Positions 58,731 through 64,000 of a DNA stretch of 64,000 bases are shown piece after piece. The notes under the pieces were generated by a model. It was not told the DNA's origin and did not search any database. It saw only the letters and a list, made by a program, of their open reading frames with translations. This stretch comes from Candidatus Micrarchaeota archaeon (GTDB lineage: Archaea; Iainarchaeota; Iainarchaeia; JAADDC01): assembly GCA_027046625.1 (NCBI GenBank), contig JALTXX010000003.1, positions 1 through 64,000 of the forward strand. Direction: 5' to 3'. The position numbers and the translations under genes are program-made. Positions within the stretch are counted from its first letter, which is position 1. Every line of letters starts with the position of its first letter.

Positions 58731-61322
58731 ATGAAGGCAACCCTATCAGAGTTAGAGCATATAGCCGATGAGGCAGGCAAGCTCTATGAAAAGGGAATGG
58801 AAGCATTTAAGGAAAAGTTAATGGAGTATGGCTTCAGGGAAGAAGATGCAGAAAGATTATACTATATAGAGGATATGATGAGGCGACCTCACAAAAAAAT
58901 AGCCAGCACTTATCCAAGATCCTACCTAGAGAGGTTCAGAAGGTTATACTACTATCTAACTCTTCTGAGAAGTAGAGGAGAACTCCCAGAGGACAAGGAT
59001 TATCTTGGAGGTAACGAGCTTGCCCAGACCATTCTGAAAAACGCTTACTATCTTAAAACACCAGAGGGGATATACATAGATAGGAGACCGGAGGACCTGT
59101 TCACGCGGGTAGCTGCATTTATAGCCTCTGTTGAAGAGGATGAGGAGAAGGCACGTTATTGGGCAACGAAGTTCTACAGACTGATGTTTGATGGGGTTTT
59201 GTCTCCGGCCGGTAGGGTACGAGCGGGTGCTGGGGATTTGTACCGACTCAAGACTTTATCTAACTGCTACTTCTTACAGATAGAAGAGGACTCCATAGAG
59301 GGAATATGGAAAACATCCTACCAGATGGCACGCACTTATTCCTATGGAGGTGGTGTAGGAACAGATGTAACACCTCTTAGGCCTAAAAACGCAATTGTAC
59401 ACAACGCATCAAATACCTCAACCGGTCCCACATCCTTTATGTACCTATACTCTCTCACAACTGGTATTATAGGCCAGGAGGGTAGAAGAGGAGCCCTCAT
59501 GATAACAATAGATGTAAAACACCCAGATGTTTTGCACTTTATACGTGTAAAGAGGGATCCTGATTGGTGGACCAACATGATTATGGATGAAATGAGATAC
59601 TCAGGCAAGTTTACGGAGGAGCAACTGAAGGAAATTGAGCGTATTGTGGTAAACAATATCCAAATGAGATTCACAAATATCTCAGTGAAGTTTACGGACG
59701 AGTTCTTTATGGCGTTAGAGGAAGAGGACAAATATGGAGGGAACAAAATCCTTGTGTATGAAAAGCTTGATGGAACTGTCGTTATGGACGCCTATCAAGA
59801 CAAAGACATCCACTATTCCCATGGTATTCCATCCAAGGAGCCGGAGAGATATAAGCTGGTGGGAGTCTACGATAGCGTGGAGGGCTTGAAAGAGCTGGGT
59901 ATAAGTATTACAGAAGAGGATCTTAAAGATCCCTATAAAAGAGATATCTACGGAGACCTGCCCGTAAAGGTAAATAACACCCTCTATGCTATAAGATATG
60001 CCGGTGATTTTCTGTTATATTACGGATCACCCAATGTTGGTACCATAAAACGTATAGTAAAGGCTAGAAAGATATGGAACGCCTTTGTAGAGTCTAATTG
60101 GAGATCTGCAGAGCCAGGCCTCATATTCTGGAGCCAAATGGTGAAGTATTCCCCTTCAAACTATGTAGGAGCTCCCATAATGGGAACCAACCCCTGTGGT
60201 GAGGTTCCCCTAGAGCATGGAGGAGCCTGTGTGCTATCATCGCTAAACCTTCTATCCTTTGTGGATAACCCCCTCACGGAGAAGGCTTCCTTTAACTGGG
60301 AGAGATTTGTGGATGCGGTACATACCATTGTAAGGTTCCTGGACGATGTTGTGCAGTGGAATGTATACATGCATCCCCTCGAGGATCAGAGAAGTGCCAT
60401 GGAAAGACTAAGAAGGATAGGAGCAGGCATAATGGGATTGGCTGATATGCTTATAGCAATGGGAACGGAATACGACAGCGAAGAGGCTATATCTATGATA
60501 GAAAAGGTGATGTCTGTTTATGCCAATGAGGCCTATAGATATTCCTCCCTCCTAGCTGAAGAGAAGGGACCGTTCCCCCTGTGGAACTTCCAATCCTATT
60601 CAAGGAACCCCTTCTACAGGGAAGTGCTCTGGGATGATGTAAAGGCCTCTATAGAGGAAAGAGGGCTGAGGAATGTAACCCTTTTGTCTGTGGCACCTAC
60701 AGGCAATACATCCAATTCTACCTTAGCCCTCCGGCTAAATGGAAAAAACTATGTTGGTGTGTCTTCTGGAATAGAACCGGTATTTGCCCTGTACTATACG
60801 AGAAGAACAGAGGCAGTAGATACCAAAGTGTATAGAGTATTCCACCCCATAGCTCAGGCGTATCTTGATATGCACGATTTGTCAGAGGCAGCCCAAGCTG
60901 CAAAGGAGGATGAACTAAGAAACATCCTACCCCCGTACTTCTTCAGAACGGCTCACGTGATAGATCCTCTTATGAGGGTGAGAATACAGGCAACTGTTCA
61001 GAGATACGTTGATGGTTCCATCTCCTCTACTGTTAACCTACCAGAGGATATACACCCAGAAACGGTAGGAAAAATATACAGGGAGGCGTGGAAACAACGA
61101 TTGAAAGGAATAACCGTATACAGGGAAGGCTCCAGATTTGAGATACTCAAAGCAGAGGGGCAAAGAACAGAGTTCCAGGCATACAAGGACAAAGTGTTTA
61201 AGATATATGATGGAGATAGGGTGCTTACATTAAAGGGAGGAGACGTGATAGAGCTGCCAGATGGCAGACTCTCCACCGTTTACCATGCAATAAAGGAGGG
61301 GATATTACGACCGAGGAGCTAA
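58731..61322 (+). CDS. nrdJ: Class II (adenosylcobalamin) ribonucleotide reductase, catalytic part
   Basis: TLSNCY, GGGVG, RRGALM, TNPCGE, VAPTG, ISSTVN, KGITVYR. Confidence 0.93.
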   Translation: MKATLSELEHIADEAGKLYEKGMEAFKEKLMEYGFREEDAERLYYIEDMMRRPHKKIASTYPRSYLERFRRLYYYLTLLRSRGELPEDKDYLGGNELAQTILKNAYYLKTPEGIYIDRRPEDLFTRVAAFIASVEEDEEKARYWATKFYRLMFDGVLSPAGRVRAGAGDLYRLKTLSNCYFLQIEEDSIEGIWKTSYQMARTYSYGGGVGTDVTPLRPKNAIVHNASNTSTGPTSFMYLYSLTTGIIGQEGRRGALMITIDVKHPDVLHFIRVKRDPDWWTNMIMDEMRYSGKFTEEQLKEIERIVVNNIQMRFTNISVKFTDEFFMALEEEDKYGGNKILVYEKLDGTVVMDAYQDKDIHYSHGIPSKEPERYKLVGVYDSVEGLKELGISITEEDLKDPYKRDIYGDLPVKVNNTLYAIRYAGDFLLYYGSPNVGTIKRIVKARKIWNAFVESNWRSAEPGLIFWSQMVKYSPSNYVGAPIMGTNPCGEVPLEHGGACVLSSLNLLSFVDNPLTEKASFNWERFVDAVHTIVRFLDDVVQWNVYMHPLEDQRSAMERLRRIGAGIMGLADMLIAMGTEYDSEEAISMIEKVMSVYANEAYRYSSLLAEEKGPFPLWNFQSYSRNPFYREVLWDDVKASIEERGLRNVTLLSVAPTGNTSNSTLALRLNGKNYVGVSSGIEPVFALYYTRRTEAVDTKVYRVFHPIAQAYLDMHDLSEAAQAAKEDELRNILPPYFFRTAHVIDPLMRVRIQATVQRYVDGSISSTVNLPEDIHPETVGKIYREAWKQRLKGITVYREGSRFEILKAEGQRTEFQAYKDKVFKIYDGDRVLTLKGGDVIELPDGRLSTVYHAIKEGILRPRS

Positions 61323-61870
61323 TACCACGTCTAAGAACGAAGAATCCCTTCTTTGAGGAGGTCAGAAAGGAAACGTTCACTCCACTACTTGAGATACCCC
61401 GATCTACCGAGGCAAAATCTTACAATATAGATAACACTCACATTCTCGTACTTTATGAAGTCAAGGATAACTTCCCCATCATATATTCCATTATCATACA
61501 TGCAAAAAATCCTGAAAAATTAGGAGAACTGAATGTTGTGAGCTCCCTTCTGTCCCTCCTCCTTAGAGCCAGAGTAGATTATGCTGTCATACTTTCTTCT
61601 TTGCGGGATACGGGAGTGGAGTTCTATAACAGACTGGCAGACGTTATACAGGAATTTCTCTCTGAGTATGGAGTAATGGAACCCCCGAGAAGGGATGTTA
61701 CCAAACAGGAAACCATACTTACCTTTACTCTCTCTGCAGAGAAAAAGGAGATAAAGGGCGATGGTGAGCTGTCTGTGTGTCCTGTGTGCGGGGAGCGCAC
61801 ACTTGTAGTGGAAAACGGATGTTACACTTGTATAAACCCAGAGTGTGGTTGGAGCAAATGTGAGGTTTAG
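61307..61870 (+). CDS. NrdJb-like C-terminal part of the class II RNR (start uncertain)
   Basis: Frame is open from 61220; ends CPVCG..NGCYTC..ECGWSKC, typical of the NrdJ C-terminus. Confidence 0.75.
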   Translation, partial: TTEELIPRLRTKNPFFEEVRKETFTPLLEIPRSTEAKSYNIDNTHILVLYEVKDNFPIIYSIIIHAKNPEKLGELNVVSSLLSLLLRARVDYAVILSSLRDTGVEFYNRLADVIQEFLSEYGVMEPPRRDVTKQETILTFTLSAEKKEIKGDGELSVCPVCGERTLVVENGCYTCINPECGWSKCEV

Positions 61871-62925
61871 CGGGTAACCTGCTTTACTATATCAAGTATT
61901 TCGGGGTGTTTTTCTGTGTATTTTCTAACGGGTTCTAGCTTATCTATTAGGTATTCAGCTACAGCGTTTTTAAGATCAAGAGGATGCAGCCTACCTTCCT
62001 TGTAATCTTTTTCCAAATCCCTATATGAGTAGTATGTAACCTCTCCTCCATACTTCTTTGGCCTCTCTATGGTGAGGGTGTGCCCCTCCCTTCTAAGAAT
62101 GATGTGCTTTACAATATCTATGATGGGGTTGTTTTCCGTCTTCTTTTCTGGGCAGTAAGCCCCTCTAACTTTCCTTCTTATGCTTTCAGGATCGTCTGTA
62201 ACAAAGATGGCCGAGTCCGGAACACTCTTACTCATCTTAAACTCCATCATTACATCTTCAGAGCTGTAGTCCATTCTTCCATCTACCTTTAACCCCATGA
62301 GAAGATGGTGATGGATAAGTACGGGTTTCTTCCATCCAAAGGATGGGGCTATCTCTCTGTACATTACGTTCACCCTTCTCTGATCCATTCCAAGCTGGCA
62401 TATATCTACATCTAGCATTTTTATGTCTGTTGCTTGCATGAGAGGATATATGAGAAAGGCAGCATGCTGCATTTCAGTCTCCTTTCTACCCATAATGGGA
62501 GCTGCACGCTTAATTCTTGATATTGTCAGCTTCTTTGAAATTTTTAGAAGTGTTTCCCAGTATTCCATATCTTCTACTAGATCGGATGCCCACACTACTC
62601 TTGGATGCCATCCAAGAAGGTTCCATACTTTTACGAAAAACTCCCCCGCTTTCTGAATCCTTTCCATATCACCTCCAAGCTTGTTGTTTAAAAACGCATG
62701 CCAATCGGCTATCAACACTATAAAATCTATGCCAGCTTTCTCCAAATCCTTTCCATATTCAGCCCTCATCAGTCCGGTTCCTATATGTGGTATCCCGGAT
62801 GGTTCAAAACCGTCATATGCCTTTACTGTTCTCTTCTCCTCTAATAGAGATGATAGTTCTTCCTTGGTTACTATCTCCTCTGCTGGGGATGATGTTATAA
62901 GAGACAGTCGCTCCTCTATATCCAT
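61867..62925 (-). CDS. tyrS: Tyrosine--tRNA ligase (archaeal type)
   Basis: YDGFEPSG.PHIG, ADWHA, YPLMQATD, GMDQR, KMSKS. Confidence 0.97.
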   Translation of the reverse strand: MDIEERLSLITSSPAEEIVTKEELSSLLEEKRTVKAYDGFEPSGIPHIGTGLMRAEYGKDLEKAGIDFIVLIADWHAFLNNKLGGDMERIQKAGEFFVKVWNLLGWHPRVVWASDLVEDMEYWETLLKISKKLTISRIKRAAPIMGRKETEMQHAAFLIYPLMQATDIKMLDVDICQLGMDQRRVNVMYREIAPSFGWKKPVLIHHHLLMGLKVDGRMDYSSEDVMMEFKMSKSVPDSAIFVTDDPESIRRKVRGAYCPEKKTENNPIIDIVKHIILRREGHTLTIERPKKYGGEVTYYSYRDLEKDYKEGRLHPLDLKNAVAEYLIDKLEPVRKYTEKHPEILDIVKQVTR

Positions 62926-62951
62926 GGTATACTACGAAACGAAAACCCTTT

Positions 62952-64000
62952 TTATTCATACCTTAGAGCCTCTGAGGGAGGAAGGCTAGCTGCCCACTTT
63001 GCAGGTAAATAGCCAGCCACAATCCCCAATAGTACAGAAAACACCAGAGAACCAAGAATAAGATCCAAACCCATATAAACTCTAAACATAGTGGCACCGG
63101 CGCTGGCTGCTATCTTTTCTACTCCAGTTACAATAATACCTCCTAGCAGGATACCTATTATTCCCCCTATTAACCCAAGAGCAGCCGCTTCAGATAGTAT
63201 TATAAGCATTATCTGGCCATCTGAGGCTCCTATGGCCTTCATAACCCCAATTTCTTTAATTCTCTCAGAAACACTCATGTAGATCGTGTTCATAATGCCT
63301 ATGGTGCCCACAAATAGGGATATGGCAGCAATAAGAAGCAAAATGGCATTTACCACGTTTGTTATGAGGGATATCCTTTCGTATAGCTGTTTGGTGGTGA
63401 GTACAGAAAAGGTGTTCTTTCCCCTAGCCTTTTCCAACGCTCTTTCCACCTTTTTAGATACCCTTTCTACATCTCCGGAGACATCTAATATTATCATATC
63501 GTAGCTGCCTTTGCTTTTACCTATAGACTCTAGGTACTCTTCTGGGATAATAACAGCGGTGTCATCCATTCTATTCCCGACACTCTTCATAATTCCGGAA
63601 ACACGGAACCTTTCCCCGTTAAGTGTAATGTAATCACCCACTCCTATACCCTTTAGATGCTGGGAAGCTAGCAAGTTTCCTAGTACTACTTCCTTTCCTC
63701 TTGGAATTCTTCCTCTTTCAAGTTCAAAGGTGCCATCAAATAGGATCTTTAACTGTTTCTTTGGAATAGCCTCCAATGTGGTTATAAGAGTATTATCCCT
63801 GTAACTGACCCTCACCGATGTGGTAGCAAGAGGTATTACGTGTTTAATACCAGAAATCCGCTCTAGTGTCTTGATATCTTTTTCTCTGAAGTCTTCTCCT
63901 ATGAATGCTCCAAAAAGGGTGGTTTCAGTGCCACCGGGGAGGATGATTATCCTGCTGTATCCGAACTTTTCAAACTGTTGCTCTATAAACTTTTGTGTAC
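62952..64000 (-). CDS. MacB/FtsX-family ABC permease (start lies beyond the window end)
   Basis: GIMNTIYMSVSERIKEIGVMKAIGA, PAKWAASLPPSEALRYE. Confidence 0.93.
   Translation of the reverse strand, partial: TQKFIEQQFEKFGYSRIIILPGGTETTLFGAFIGEDFREKDIKTLERISGIKHVIPLATTSVRVSYRDNTLITTLEAIPKKQLKILFDGTFELERGRIPRGKEVVLGNLLASQHLKGIGVGDYITLNGERFRVSGIMKSVGNRMDDTAVIIPEEYLESIGKSKGSYDMIILDVSGDVERVSKKVERALEKARGKNTFSVLTTKQLYERISLITNVVNAILLLIAAISLFVGTIGIMNTIYMSVSERIKEIGVMKAIGASDGQIMLIILSEAAALGLIGGIIGILLGGIIVTGVEKIAASAGATMFRVYMGLDLILGSLVFSVLLGIVAGYLPAKWAASLPPSEALRYE

Noticed and set aside
59727-60050. About 100-aa insertion in NrdJ as an intein
   Set aside because: No N-terminal Cys/Ser block or His-Asn|Cys/Ser/Thr junction; treated as an inserted subdomain.

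Overview
A gene-dense archaeal chromosomal segment with many overlapping stop/start junctions. It most likely comes from a thermophilic DPANN-type archaeon: the 16S rRNA gene is GC-rich and has no adjacent 23S, PriS and PriL are separate, and there is an AMP phosphorylase and many class III signal-peptide proteins. The lineage is an inference. Core content: a replication/translation cluster (cdc6, KaiC-like ATPase, RPA, two PCNAs, PriL, PriS, GINS, S27e, aIF2-alpha, Nop10, PAC2), TmcA, a Tad/type IV pilus system with about 11 pilin-like genes, Nre, CCA-adding enzyme, Pelota, ABCE1, RFC-L, a surface-glycan cluster, MetRS, TyrRS and a split class II ribonucleotide reductase. RNA genes missing from the ORF track: tRNA-Arg(TCG), a reduced RNase P RNA, the 16S rRNA with a perfect bulge-helix-bulge processing stem, an H/ACA guide at the 5' end of the predicted pre-16S transcript whose pocket matches its own 16S (E. 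coli 966-equivalent U), and a C/D guide 3 nt upstream of RNase P RNA that matches 16S helix 34. Other notable items: a cysteine-free PriL-PriX-like fusion, tandem divergent PCNAs, a second PriS-like enzyme overlapped in antisense by a Trp/acidic micro-protein, a TmcA-ASCH (ac4C writer/hydrolase-like) pair, a probable non-AUG start or frameshift in nrdJb, and a frameshifted modular DUF2341 surface gene with a 74-bp identical repeat. No CRISPR array, transposase or integrase was seen. All calls are from reading the sequence by eye, without database searches.
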